Source: Octopus vulgaris
Taxonomy: Eukaryota
NCBI GenBank assembly: GCA_951406725.2
Contig: OX597816.1
Coordinates: forward strand, 123,008,001 to 123,072,000
Direction: 5' to 3'
Length of the DNA: 64,000 nucleotides
Positions within the stretch are counted from its first letter, which is position 1, and the number at the start of each line of letters is the position of its first letter. The notes beneath the pieces were generated by a model. It was not told the origin of the DNA, made no database searches, and saw only the letters and a program-made list of their open reading frames with translations. The position numbers and the translations under genes are program-made. This document shows, piece by piece, positions 11,986 to 24,457 of the stretch.

Positions 11986-12849
11986 ATATCATATACATGG
12001 TTTATTAATATGTCACACAAAGAAAATTACAAATAACTGTGTATGGTTATGTGACATATTTACAATACCTAGTAATGGCTAATAATGAAGAAAAGCAATC
12101 TTATTTTTGCAAAAACTAACAAACCTTATATATCTACTTAGAGTTTTTATGTTTTTAAAATTTTTCTGCATTAAGTTTATTTTCTCCAGACACTTTACTT
12201 TTATATTTTAGAAGATATAGTTTTCCCTCTTCCTTTTTTAGTAATGAATAATTTGAGCATTCAATGAAAACATCAATAATAAACTGCTGTAAGTTGTTGA
12301 TTAATAAAATCTTGATTAATGATGCAGTTATTTAGTAATTACACCTTCTTATTTGATATAACTTATTTTTTAAAATATTTTTTCATTTTGACTGAATAAC
12401 ATACAATATAACAAACATTCATTTTTAATTTATTTTAAAAAAGTGTTTCCTCTCATGGAGTAGCCTGATAATCCAGATAATTATTAAAATTTGAGAAATG
12501 CAATGATGGTTTGTTTTACTCAAGCTTTGAAACATTAAGTAGAAAGATATATATCTCCTTTTAATAGTAAGCTCATTCATCCTAGAAATATTCTGAAACT
12601 ATGGTGGCTATTATATTGTCTAAGCAGCCATTATTTCTCCTAATAACATAAACTATATATGCAGTTACAGATTTATTACCTACCCAGAGGAAATTATATT
12701 TATGATTAAAAAATCTCTATGAATTGGTCTACATGATTCATCAATTCTTGTACACCACCTACACATGAGATAAACCAAATTACTTGCGTTCTAATATATT
12801 CCATCATTTTCAAAAACCCTACATTCCATAATTCCTACACTATCTTTAC

Positions 12850-13080
12850 TTAACTCTTTTCTTACCATTTTTCTCTTCTATTGAAATGAACTGCTTTTAT
12901 TTCAGCTACTTTTGAAGATAACAGAAAATTTAGAAAAGTAACTCAATCATTAAGCTAATGTTTGGAAAATAAATTGATATGGAGTTTTGATGAAAGATTT
13001 TAATATTGGACACTTTAAACAAGAAGTTTGTATCTTTGGATTAAGAGTGGTCTTTGGCAAGTTAATGTCAAAAGTGTTAA
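12850..13080. mobile_element. Degraded MITE with piggyBac-like ends
   Basis: ttaactcttttc... and ...gtcaaaagtgttaa form imperfect inverted termini ending in TTAA. Confidence 0.3.
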
Positions 13081-13717
13081 GGAGTAACTGTTTAAATGAA
13101 AAAAAAAGGAAAGATAGTGAAATTACTTGATTACAACTGGGAATATATGTAGTTTACATCATTCTATGTTACAATTTGTGAGACCATTATGGTACCAAAT
13201 AGTCTTGTTCACACATTAGTTAGTATTTTAGATATTTTATATGGTCTAAAGTCTGTTTTCATCTCTTTTTCACTAAATAGCAATCTGTTTGGAAGTATAT
13301 ATTGAATACATATATGCATGTATGTAAACAGTAAAAGCAACAAGTCATCAGCTGTAATAAAAAGCCATCTCCCATTTGAATCTCATTAACAAGCAGTGAC
13401 CATGATCACTAGCATTTTGACTCCTATCATCACACACACACACACACACATATATATATACATATATATACATATATATTTATATAGAAGTGATTTTACT
13501 ATTATTATTACTATTATCATTTCTTAAAAATAGCCATGAAACACGCGTTGTTATTCTACCATATATATAAGTTTTATTTAGTATTTTGCACATTACTTAA
13601 TCATCGTTATATGTTTTATCTTATATTTAATCTTTCTATAATATGTAATTTTTCTAAATGGTATAATTTTATTTTTCATTATTGAATTGATAAAAGGTGT
13701 CTTTTACCTAATTTATA

Positions 13718-13763
<46 letters not shown>

Positions 13764-14929
13764 TTTTGACTTAGTATTTCTAAATTGAATTTTTCCCTGT
13801 ATGTTTTGGAATAATATTCCCTCATATTATTATTATTATTATATATATAGATTTGAATAATCTTTCATTCCCTCTCCCTATAATATAAATTCTATCAACC
13901 CTATTTCTCATTTTGCTTTTGATACTTTCTCCAAATTCTGAATCATGCGTGTTAGTATTGACAACCATAGTCCCTAATGGCTTGAAATGACCAGTGAGAT
14001 TCATAACTGCATGGACAGACATAATTTTTAGTCATTATTTCTATCTTTGAACATTTAGTTAGCAGATTAATTTTGATTCCATCTCTAATTAAACTAATCT
14101 GTTTTAGATACATGTCAATGAAAGACTTTTACTTGGCAAACTCAGTATTACTTTGTGAACCTCAATCTTGGCACAGAACCAACTTATATGAAATTTGTAA
14201 CTTTTGAATACAAAATCTTATATAGATGAATAAGAATCACATACCAAGATAATATGATTAATGAAAGAGTCAGTGAGATTATTTATGTAACACCGATTGA
14301 TAATTTTATGATAGAGATTAGAGGAGCACATCTTTAGACAAGCTGGAAGCTTTGTATGGGATGTACTCAACTGTGAAGCAGATGACTGGGAGTCTATGAG
14401 ATCCATTAGTAAAAGAAATGAGCATGGAGGTGTGTAAAGAATATCACAAAGGCTTAAGCAAGATATCACATGATCAGGGAGTTTGGCAAAATTCATCAGA
14501 CAATTATGTACCACCTGGGCATAAAAGAATTGAATATTAAAACTTTTCCTGCTGAAGATTGTATTACATAACATACGCTAATACCTGGTAATTTCAGAGT
14601 CAGAACTTGGCAGAAACAGAAATGAAAGATAGCATGGAGAATGAGGATATTGGCATGAAAGGACAAAGCAATTGGGAATAGATTTACAGAAATTCTAATT
14701 AACACATATGACTAGGGAGGAAGCTATTAAGACCTGTAGCATAGATGAAAGCTGAGAATCTCTGTGAAATAACATATTCAGGACTACAAATCAGACATGT
14801 TGCTGTAGCAAAGTTCCAGTCAAGTCAAAAGTAATGTGATGGTGGAGGAATGATACAGCTGATAGGACAGTATAGGCTAAATGACATCTAAAATTCATCC
14901 CTAAATTTTTAGTAAACTTTAAATATCAA

Positions 14930-15140
14930 TTTCTAATTTAACCACAAGAGCTATAAATTATTTCAGTGAGAGAACAGACAATTAAATCAACTCCAGTACT
15001 TGAATGCTACTTTACTTTTGTCTACCTCGAATAGATGGAAGGTAAAGTTGAACTCAACAGTATTTGAACTACAAACATAAACAGAAGTCATACTGCAATT
15101 CATTATTTTCCATTGCCCTAAAGATTCTGCCACTCTAATG
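14930..15140 (-). mobile_element. Degraded SINE family B
   Basis: tacttttgtctacctcgaatagatggaaggtaaagttgaactcaacagtatttgaact resembles the reverse complement of the Meta-like core and box B. Confidence 0.5.
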
Positions 15141-15351
15141 CAATCAGTCAGCTTATAAATATTAAAAATCTTAGCATAGAGTTTCACAATAGAACAAAAA
15201 ATATCAATGGCTGTTTGGGCTTAGGATCGTATAATACTAGTTAACTGTGTATGCATTAATCATTGATGCAGCATTTGTAAATAGGTTTTATCTCTTGTCT
15301 AATGTAAATCACTTTTCAAATTAGTATTCTGTTTTAAATGTTTTTATTGCT

Positions 15352-15750
15352 ATTACTATTACTACTTGACTTCTCAGAGCTCTCAGTCTCACATGTGCCG
15401 ATTGATTCTGTGAAAGCTGACAGAAACATGTTGTCAGAGGTCCTACAGGATGTCATTCCACAAATTATAAGCATTGGTACTTGGATATTAACTTATCATA
15501 GAAGACCCAACACCCAAGCACCAATCTCAAAATTCTAGCTGTCCCCGTGAGAGCCGTTTTTTCTTGAACCTGGCAATTAGGGCTCCGAGTGTCTCTACAA
15601 CTACTAGGATTACAGTTACTGCCCTCATTGCCCACATTCTTGCATTTTCGTCGTTTAGTAGTCTGTATTTTTCCATCTTTTCCAGGATATACTGTATTTT
15701 ACCCTCTTTCCAGTTTTTTTTTTCCAGGTTGTTATTATTATCATTATTAT
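15352..15750 (-). mobile_element. R4/Dong-clade LINE 3' fragment (restriction-like endonuclease C-terminus)
   Basis: Minus strand reads EKMEKYRLLNDENARMWAMRAVTVILVVVETLGA.../KTALTGTARILRLVLG; flanked by (TAA)/(TAG) repeats. Confidence 0.8.
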
Positions 15751-15941
15751 TACCTCTGGCTTAGCAAAGGCAGAGGTATTGTTTTTTAGTCGTGTTTGTT
15801 TGTCTGTCTGTCTATGGACAAGATATCTCAAGAACCACTGAATGGATTCGGATGAAACTTTCGGAGATGTTTGGCCTCTAGACTTGTACGAACTTATTAG
15901 ATTTTGGGATCGATCTGGTACCGGACGAGGATTCTGGATTA
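15748..15941 (+). mobile_element. Helentron-associated non-autonomous element (HINE/DINE-1-like), 5' part; probably resumes after 16945
   Basis: Subterminal hairpin TACCTCTG...CAGAGGTA followed by (GTTT)/(GTCT)n and gatatctcaagaaccactgaatggattcggatgaaac. Confidence 0.65.
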
Positions 15942-16345
15942 TCTTTCTATATATAAAACTGAGAATGTGTGTCTGTCTGTCTGTGTGTTTCCCTAAAACT
16001 TGAGAACTACACCACCAATTTCGCTCAAATTTTACACGTTCCTTATTTAGGGTCCGGGGAGTGTTATCGGCGAAAGATTTTAAACTTTTTGCCTAGGGCG
16101 AGCCCACAGCAATATCATATATATTCTCCGCTATGATTCCCTAAAACTTGAGAACTACACAACCAATTTCATTCAAATTTTACACATGCCTTATTTAGGG
16201 TCCATGTAGTTTTATGGTTTTATGGGCAAACAAAATGTTCAACTTCTTTCCTAGGGCGAGCCCACAGTAATATCATAGCTTCTCCACTATTTCAGTATTA
16301 CGCGTTAAAAGTGAAACAAAAACATCTCTCTATTGTATGTATATG

Positions 16346-16380
<35 letters not shown>

Positions 16381-16944
16381 CAAAATATAAAGTTATATCT
16401 TGAGATCGTTAGTGACAACAACGCTCAAAATATACATAACAGACTGGAATAGTAGTGCTCAAATGAGCTGTATACACTTTTTAATCCGAGGGGAGGCAAT
16501 GCGAGCAGCAACTACAAGAGCACTACAAAATCTACAGAAATATCAAACACATACATATATTCATATATATCTACAGAACAGATATAAAGCCCGGTGTTTA
16601 GAAATATATAGTAATATATAAATATATAAACATCATATAAAAATATATTCTACGCATAAGATCCACTCGACATTCCATAAGAAATTTAGAAATAGAAATA
16701 GCAATAAAAGTTAGAGGTAATAATAACAATTGAATTAAATATAGTAAATATAGTAAGTAGTAATTAGAATAAAACTAAAGTATGGTAATTAAATCGTAAT
16801 ATAACAATTAAAAGAAAAAATAGCAATTAGTATAAAATGTATCAAGGACTTGAACTCGAATAAGTGGCTTTGCATGATTGGAAGAAATTAAAAGATGAAA
16901 AAATTAATTGAAAAAAGATGAAAAACGCCGGATCATAATGCTAG
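15942..16944 (+). mobile_element. Non-autonomous Helitron with two 148-bp internal units
   Basis: a|TCTTTCTATATATAAAA 5' end; (GTCT)n; tandem units start at 15991 and 16139; 3' end aacgccggatcataatgCTAG|t, i.e. inserted between A and T with no TSD. Confidence 0.7.
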
Positions 16945-17584
16945 TTTGTTATATTTACTTTACATGAAATATTACGTTCTTACGTTGACTTTCAAGTTTT
17001 TCTCTAATTATCTCCCTTGAAAACATGCTCATGGTTTCCACGTAAGTTATGGCGGCATTGCTGTTTACAAAGTTTTATTTTCGTTTCACTATTATTAATT
17101 TTACTCATGTATCTATTTTAGTAGAAACTGATGGATAAGGAAATCAAACTACATAAATAAACGGCAGCAAAGCCGTTCAGAAATTAAATAATGCTAACAT
17201 ATTCAGTAACAATAATAAATTTAATTTATACTCGACAACTTTCAATTTTGCCGGTTTTGAATATATCGCTCCTGTTTAAAACATCTTACCTAATTTACAA
17301 TTGCATTTCTAACTCTGCCTTGTAGGTAGCTTTACTTTTTGAACTCACATTTTAGTGTGCAACGATGTTGTTAAATTCCGTTAATAGCACCGTGTTCAAG
17401 TCCTTTCCGTTTTCTTTCACACATGGATAAGTTTTTCACTACAGATCTTAATGGTCATAGAGACACTAAATCAGTGAAAACTGTTCCTGTTCCCACTGCA
17501 GACGACATATACATAATATTACAAACACGGCCCGCGCACCCACCTTCACGTTCCATGACTACCATCGATTATTATTATCGTTAT

Positions 17585-18905
17585 TTGCGTTGAAGGCCTG
17601 GATTTGTTTCTAGAAATTAAAAAAATATCTGAAGGAGAACTGGTCTGGAATCAAGTTGAAGATTTTTGATCCAGGTAAAAGGTCCCCAACCTTATTGAGC
17701 TGCCCAGCGGAGCACAACTTCAAGTAGTGGTAGAAGGCAGAAAGCCAAGGTGTTACACTTGTGGGTCTAAGGCCCATTTGAAGGTTCTCTGTCCAAAACA
17801 ACAACAAAATGGAGCTAGAGAAACAACGGTTCTGCTACCACCACCACAAGAAGGTAAAATGCTGCAACAACAATCACTGCAGCAACAACCATTAAAGCAA
17901 CATCTTCAACAACAGAATCCCACCACAACAATGACAGTGGTGGAAACAAACAAGCAACGCCCGACCATCCCTACAGGTGAGCGACATAGATACACCTTGT
18001 ACGCCTGACACTGGCGATTCAGAAGCAACAAGAAGGAATTGAATCCCACCCCGCAAATGACTTATGTTGGGAAAAGCGGGAAAATAGTTCCAGAAAAGGC
18101 CGTCCTAAGCTGAAAGTGGAGAGACAGGACGAGGAAAATTCATCTAATTCATCAGCTACATCACTGGTACACTAACCTAAATCCCAACAAAAAGAGCAAT
18201 GCACCCTCATTCAGTCACAACCACAACTACAAAAAGCACCAAAACAGAAACAAATACACAAAGAGAACCAACAGTCATAAGCTGGCTTCGGAGGTACTCT
18301 GATCAATTTGAAAGCAGGCGGTTTCAGAAACGTTCTCAGAGGCTGGATTTCTGCAATGCACAGTGACATCGGTTCAGTGGTCAAAGTAAAAAGCCACCTA
18401 TCGGAGCCATTTGGCATCGCACGTTCGGTCCGTCAGGATTTCCCACTGTTACCTCTATATACATATTGGCACTCGAGCCATTGCTGCAGAAGACGGAACA
18501 GCTAATGAGAATCCCTTTCGAACTGGGACAAGGAAAGGCAGTGTCGGCATACACGGACGACGTCCCCGTCATGGTGTCCAACACCTCCGAAGTGGAGACG
18601 GTCGGTACCATCCTAAAGGAATATGAATCGGTTACAGGGGCTAAAAATCAACGTTGACAAATTGGTTGGCTTGCAGTTGGGCTCCTGGAGAGGCAGGACG
18701 TTGCCATCGGACGACGTTGTCGGGAGCTGGACCGACAGACAAGTTAAAGTGCTTGGGGTCTGGTTTGGTCCCGACATCCAGATTGATAAGAACTGGGATG
18801 AGATAGCAAAGAAGGTGGCCAGTCTTACCCAGAAATGGGATGAAAGAAAGCTGTCCCTGAAAGGTTGAGCAGAGGTAGCGAATGCTTACATCACTTTCGT
18901 GATTA
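17585..18905 (+). mobile_element. L1/Tx1-clade LINE relic (ORF1 zinc knuckle joined to RT)
   Basis: CYTCGSKAHLKVLC (CX2CX4HX4C); RT pieces SVRQDFPL, LALEPLL, SAYTDDV, VKVLGVWF, WDERKLSLKG with frameshifts and a stop. Confidence 0.85.
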
Positions 18906-19400
18906 ACATAAACATATCAAAAGAATTATTATGAACTGCATATCAAGGTCTCTTTTACAAAAACATCAAATACCCATAATAGAGGTAATTTTATTCCAGT
19001 TGGTACTTATTTGGAGGAAAACTATTTATTTGTAACTGCTATATTTTCAAACTAGCTAAAGTAGATTTATGAATAACGTTCATGGAATTTTTGTTACATT
19101 CAGTCAACAAGGAAAATTATTTTCATCTATTTCTATCCTTGATTACTTCTAATGTTCATCAATTTTATTCAGCTTCAGTAAATGCTTCATTATTCTTAAG
19201 GTGTGACAACAAAATATTTTAACAGACTTCCAAATCTGAGTTTTGACAGGCACCATTGTGTCATGTTGTTTGTTGTCTTGTAATTATTTGTAATTAGCTT
19301 GTTTCAGCTCTCATTCACATGTCATTAGGAATTTTTTAATGTGTTGAAGAAATAAATTCCATGCTGAAAAAATAAATCAAAGTTATTTTTTCTTTAAGGC

Positions 19401-20199
19401 ATGAAGAATTTGGACATCTTACCAGTTAAAGTTGACAGTGTCTGATATCTTCATTGGGGATATAATTATTAACTTTTATTTTAATACTGTAATACTGCCA
19501 TGACAAAAGATAAAACATCTCTTCTGTTATGTTGATCTGGGAACATAGAAAATATACACTTTTAATTTCTTATGGCAATGCTACATGTTGATGCACTTAT
19601 TTTAAATTTTAATATGTATGTTTTAGTAATCATGGCAATATTTGGAGTTGTGCAAAAGTAACTGGCACCCCTTTGGTTATGATGATAAGGGTTTTAATTG
19701 ATCCAATCAATGGAACAGCCTGCTCATGAAATTAACGTGCAGGTGGCTGAGCATTTCATAAGCATGCATACTCCTAACATGGTTCTCAAGCATTTTCAAC
19801 ATGACACAGTACAGGACAAGGTTGGCCTTCATATTACAGGTACAACTCATTTCTACCAGCTGTGTGGACTGAGCAACATGAAATAAAGTGTCTTGCACAA
19901 GGACACAATGCAAGGCCAGAAATTGAACTTATGACCTTACAATCATGATCTGAATACTTTAACCACTAACCTACAAAGGTATTGAATAGTATTTGCTATT
20001 AAATGTCTTATAGGATTACATTTATTTTTTCATCCTGTTTCTTTAGTCTTTTATCGTCCCATAGTTTCATGTCAGACTTTTTCACATGGAGAATTTGGAC
20101 ATCTTACAAGTTCAAGTCAACAGTGTCTGACAAAAGATAAACCATCTCTTCTGTTGTGTTGACCTGGAAGCATAGAAAATATACACTTTTAATTTCTCA
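19401..20199 (+). repeat. Dispersed direct duplication (19401-19574 vs 20084-20199)
   Basis: gaatttggacatcttac...acagtgtctga...gacaaaagataaa...catagaaaatatacacttttaatttct occurs twice; the second copy lacks about 55 bp. Confidence 0.85.
19663..19975 (-). mobile_element. SINE family C (tail type 3)
   Basis: Homologous to 4335-4620 and includes the tRNA head (taaccactaacc). Confidence 0.8.
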
Positions 20200-20499
20200 T
20201 GTCAGACATTGTGAGTAATTCAGTTTTATTTTGTTTTGTTTTGTTTTTTGTTTTTTTACTTATAAAACATTTCAACACTGATGATGCAGCTCTTTTACTC
20301 TTAACTTGAAATGAATTCATGAATCTGAAACATATGGAGTTTATGATCTTTTGCATTTATGAAATCCTAAGCACATGAAATTGAACCAGATGATAATGCA
20401 GATCATGTGTAGCATTTCCTTGAAATGTAAATATTTCTTATGTTATGCAGATCTTTTCATATTTTATATTGCTCTATTATGATGTGAATGAATAAAGTG

Positions 20500-21968
20500 A
20501 GTTTTACTAATTCAAAACTCAGGCTATATAGAGAGCATTGTATTATATAAGTTATAGCACATTGTATTGTTTGCTGTTGTTGAAAGGTTAACATAATGCA
20601 TGCTTCCCAGTTATACAGCTGATATCTAAATAGCAAAAAGATAGCAAAAAAGAAAATATTTGGTTTGGATAAAATTTCCCATGGTGGTACACTGTTGGTT
20701 TTTGTAAATAGAACAAGCTCTTAATTAACATGAGCCAAATGAATTAACATCACCATCTGGTTCTTGGATTCCTTTAGTAGAGTTTGCTCTGTTACAAGAC
20801 ATACAATCAATACTCAGTTTCCTCTGCATTCTCATTTGTCCTGTAGACATTCCTGCAGTAAACTCAGAAGATTTTGTCTGGGTCAGTGATTCTCAATTAT
20901 TTTTATTCTGGTCCTCCCCCCAACAGCCATTCATCGTTTAAAAACTACTTCCTTAGATACTTCATTTAAAATTCCTATTTTGATTTTCACACATCAACTT
21001 GTGTAAGCTTAACTATATAAAACATCAGAGTAAGAAACCTCATGGTTTCTTGCAACGCATCCATATAAAGCAAAACATTTTCATAGAACCCTAAAATACT
21101 GCTGTGGATCATCCCCAGTTTACTATTTTGCTTGTGTGAACCCACAAAAGCCTTACATGGACCCCAGGGGGTCATATAGATCCTTGTTGAGCCCAACTTG
21201 TCTAGGTCATGGACTGTTTCCATGCCCCAGATAAATAACAGATAAATAAAAAAACTTACCATAAGTTAAGTCTGGATAGATATGACGTGGTAAGGTTTGA
21301 AGCCAATAGGAACAAAGTCTATTGATGAATGCATATTATTAGTAAAAGTGAGGTAGGTGAAACCATTTTATTGCATGTGACAAACATAAATTACTTTAAA
21401 ATTTTTGCTTATATAATGATATCCTTCCAAAAACTTTCTATTATATGAAAGTTATACATTCACTTAAGATGCTGTATCTTTTTGAAAGTCAAGCAAAGTT
21501 GTTTTCTCCCTATGGAATATAGCGTCTAAATCTGTTCTTGAAACACTCATCTGACTTTTCAAGGTAAATTTTCAAGATTACCACCTCATACACGGTAAAT
21601 GCAAATGCCACTTTGATAACAGCAATCAGATAATACCATGTAACAAGTTACTGAGACGGATCTGACTATCACTGCACAGTAACGATAACAACAGGAAAAA
21701 TCTACAGCTTTCTATTTGTAGAAACTATAGATATTTCCAAAATTATTGAATGATATTGTAATTCTAAAGTCTATATCTCAAACGGAATTGTTCCAACCTT
21801 GTTTTCTGTCTTCTGAGAAAACTTTACAAATGAACAAAGCAAGTTTTAAGTTTTACTAATTCAAAGGTCGTGCTACATAAACAGTATTGCATTACATAAG
21901 TCACAACGCATTATATTATTTGGTGCTGTTGTAAGGTTAATACAATGCACTCTTCAGTTATGTAGTTG
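20500..21968 (+). repeat. Old about 120-bp direct duplication (20500-20621 vs 21849-21968)
   Basis: agttttactaattcaaa...aaggttaa...aatgca...cagttat occurs twice. Confidence 0.75.
20884..21200. mobile_element. Degraded hAT-like MITE
   Basis: CAGTGATTCTCAA start, subterminal GGACCCC motifs, ...GTTGAG...TG end. Confidence 0.4.
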
Positions 21969-22409
21969 TTATGTAAATAGGAAGAAAAAAAGATTTGTTT
22001 TGGATAAAATTCTTGCAGACATTTTATGTCTGCAATTGTCTGTAACAATTGTACATGATAAAGATGCACCTACATACATATATATATATATATATATAAC
22101 AATGGTTTCATATATATACATACATACGTAATACATACATATATATATATATACAGGTATGCCTGACTTTTCCAATTTTCGATTATTTTCATCATTGGTA
22201 CAGAGTCTTTGGGTTTTGTTCACTTGCCTGCTTTCACCTTTGTGTTTCAGGGAAAACTTGTGGTTTGATCATTTTGATTGCTATGTTAGCATGCTGGTAC
22301 TCTGGTACTGCCTGTTAGTACCCTCAATTATTAATTGATAATTTTTATCTTTATGAGATTTTTATGCATGCTAAGCCAGTGATATTATTATAAACAGTAA
22401 CATCTTCAT

Positions 22410-22572
22410 ATCATCATCATCATCATCATCATCGTTTAACGTCCGTTCTCCATGCTAGCATGGGTTGGACGGTTCGACCGGGATCTGGAAAGCCAGAAGG
22501 CTGCACCAGGCTCCAGTCTTATCTGGCAGTGTTTCTACAGCTGGATGCCCTTCCTAACGCCAACCACTCCGT
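22410..22572 (-). mobile_element. Orphan RTE 3' end with (GAT)n tail
   Basis: Near-identical to the 3' terminus of the RTE at 37509-37662. Confidence 0.9.
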
Positions 22573-22586
22573 ACATATGTATGTAT

Positions 22587-22651
<65 letters not shown>

Positions 22652-22816
22652 TATGTATATCTATCTATCAATCTATTTATCTTTCTATCCATCTATCTAT
22701 CTGTCTGTTTGTCTGTCTGTCTGTCTGACTGTCTATCTATCTATCTATCTTTTTATATATATACATACATATCTATATATATATATATATTTGCATATGC
22801 ACATATACATATATAT
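22573..22816. repeat. Compound (TA)n/(TCTA)n/(TCTG)n microsatellite
   Basis: Directly visible. Confidence 0.95.
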
Positions 22817-23105
22817 GTGATCAACAGTATATGGACACCCACTTAAGAATGAAGCTGTACAAGTTTGGGCCACCCTCAATTGGAAACAGTGGCAGTCAAT
22901 ACAGTGTTGGCCCACCCTTAGCCTTGATGACAGCTTCCACTCTTGCAGGTGTACTTTCAATCAGGTGGTGGAAGGTTTCCTGGGGAATGACAACCCATTC
23001 TTCATGGAGAGCCAAAATGAGCAAAGCTATCAATGTGGGTCAGTGTCATCTTGCCCAATGTTGGTATTCCAAAACATCCCAGAGATGTTCAACGAGATTT
23101 AAATC
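22817..23105 (-). mobile_element. Tc1 transposon 3' fragment
   Basis: Minus strand DLNLVEHLWDVLE...ALHEEWVVIPQETFHHLIESTPARVEAVIKAKGGPTLY*; TIR-like cagtatatggacaccc. Confidence 0.85.
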
Positions 23106-23177
23106 ACTAAGTTCTCATAGGGAATTGCAAAACCTTACACTGTTTTTTTTTAAAATTTTATCCTCGATAATCATATA

Positions 23178-23570
23178 AGCACAGGAATGGCTGTGTGGTA
23201 AGGATCTTGCTTCCTGGTCTCATTGTTCTGGGTTCAGTGCCACTCTGTGACACCTTGGGCTAGTGTCTTCTACTATAATCTCAGGTCAACCAAAGCCTTG
23301 TGAGTGGATTTGGTAGATGGAAATTGAAAGAAGCCCATTGTATGCATATGTCTATGTATCTATGTGTGTGTGCCTGTGTTTGTCCCCCCATCACCACTTG
23401 ACAACTGGTGTTGGTGTGTTTACATCCCTGTAACTTAGTGGTTCAGCTAAAGAATCCAATAGAATAAGTACCATGCTTAAAAAATGAAGTACTGGGGTTA
23501 ATTCATTTGACTAGAAATTCAAGATGGTGCCCCAGCATGACCACAGTCTAATGACTGAAACTGGTAAAAG
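23178..23570 (+). mobile_element. SINE family A (full length)
   Basis: ggaatggctgtgtggtaagg...ggttcagtgcc...atgactgaaactggtaaaag. Confidence 0.9.
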
Positions 23571-23574
23571 ATAT

Positions 23575-24440
23575 CTGAAATTCTTGCCTCAGTAATATGG
23601 TCAGTCCTTTTAACGAAATAGCACAAGATCTTGTAATTCTCATTTTCTCTCACAGCCTCTGGTTCATATTCCAATGCACTCTTTTTCTTACACAGACATG
23701 TCTGCATTTATACTGCTTTTCTGCTACTCTACTGCATTCACTCAAAATGTAATTGATACTCTTGTCTCTTTTCTTGCAGATTCTACATTTGCTGTCAAAG
23801 TTTTGTCAATCTTTGCCTTTATCAGATCATGTTAAGAGCTTTTCTTGAGTGGCTATTATTAACATTTCTGTCTCACATCTCAAGTTTCCACCTCGAAACA
23901 TGAGATGTGAGACAGAAATGTTCTCGGAGCCAGAGATGTTCACTTCTAGTTTGTTTTATGTTTTGACCATGTAGTTCCATTTCTTTCCATTTATTTGTGC
24001 TGTTCTTTCTTCCTTTTCTCTGGCTGCCAATAATATTCTTTTTTATTCTGCACAGTACAATTTTTCAGACTCTGTACCACAGTACTAAGAGTGTCTTTCG
24101 TATTTAGTAATTTTCTGCCACCTTCCTTTCTATGTAGGTAGAGATAGTTGGTATTGCTTTTAGGGTGGAGTGCAATATGCACTTGAAGTTATGTAGTGTA
24201 GCTCAACCTTTGAAAATTTCAGAAAGGGAGTAGGGTGTCTTACTACTGGCATTGTCCATGTATGTATGGCTTGAATGATGTTCCCTCCATTTAATTATGT
24301 TTTGAGTACTTTAATTTTGTTTCCAGCACCTCTTGTACTCTTTAGGGACTTACTCATTTCTACTCCAGTGTCCTATCTTCCTGCAGCACTCCTAGGTATT
24401 AATACCTCTCATTATTTCACAGCAATCTATTGATGTTTTC
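23575..24440 (-). mobile_element. Old R4/Dong LINE relic
   Basis: YLGVLQ, LHPKSNTNYLYLHRKEGGRKL, GNLRCETEMLIIATQEKAL in broken frames. Confidence 0.75.
23861..23922. repeat. 62-nt near-perfect hairpin
   Basis: 22-bp perfect arms (23861-23882 and 23901-23922), one mismatch, 5-bp inner stem GTTTC/GAAAC, 6-nt loop. Confidence 0.95.
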
Positions 24441-24457
24441 TCATTATTATTATTATT

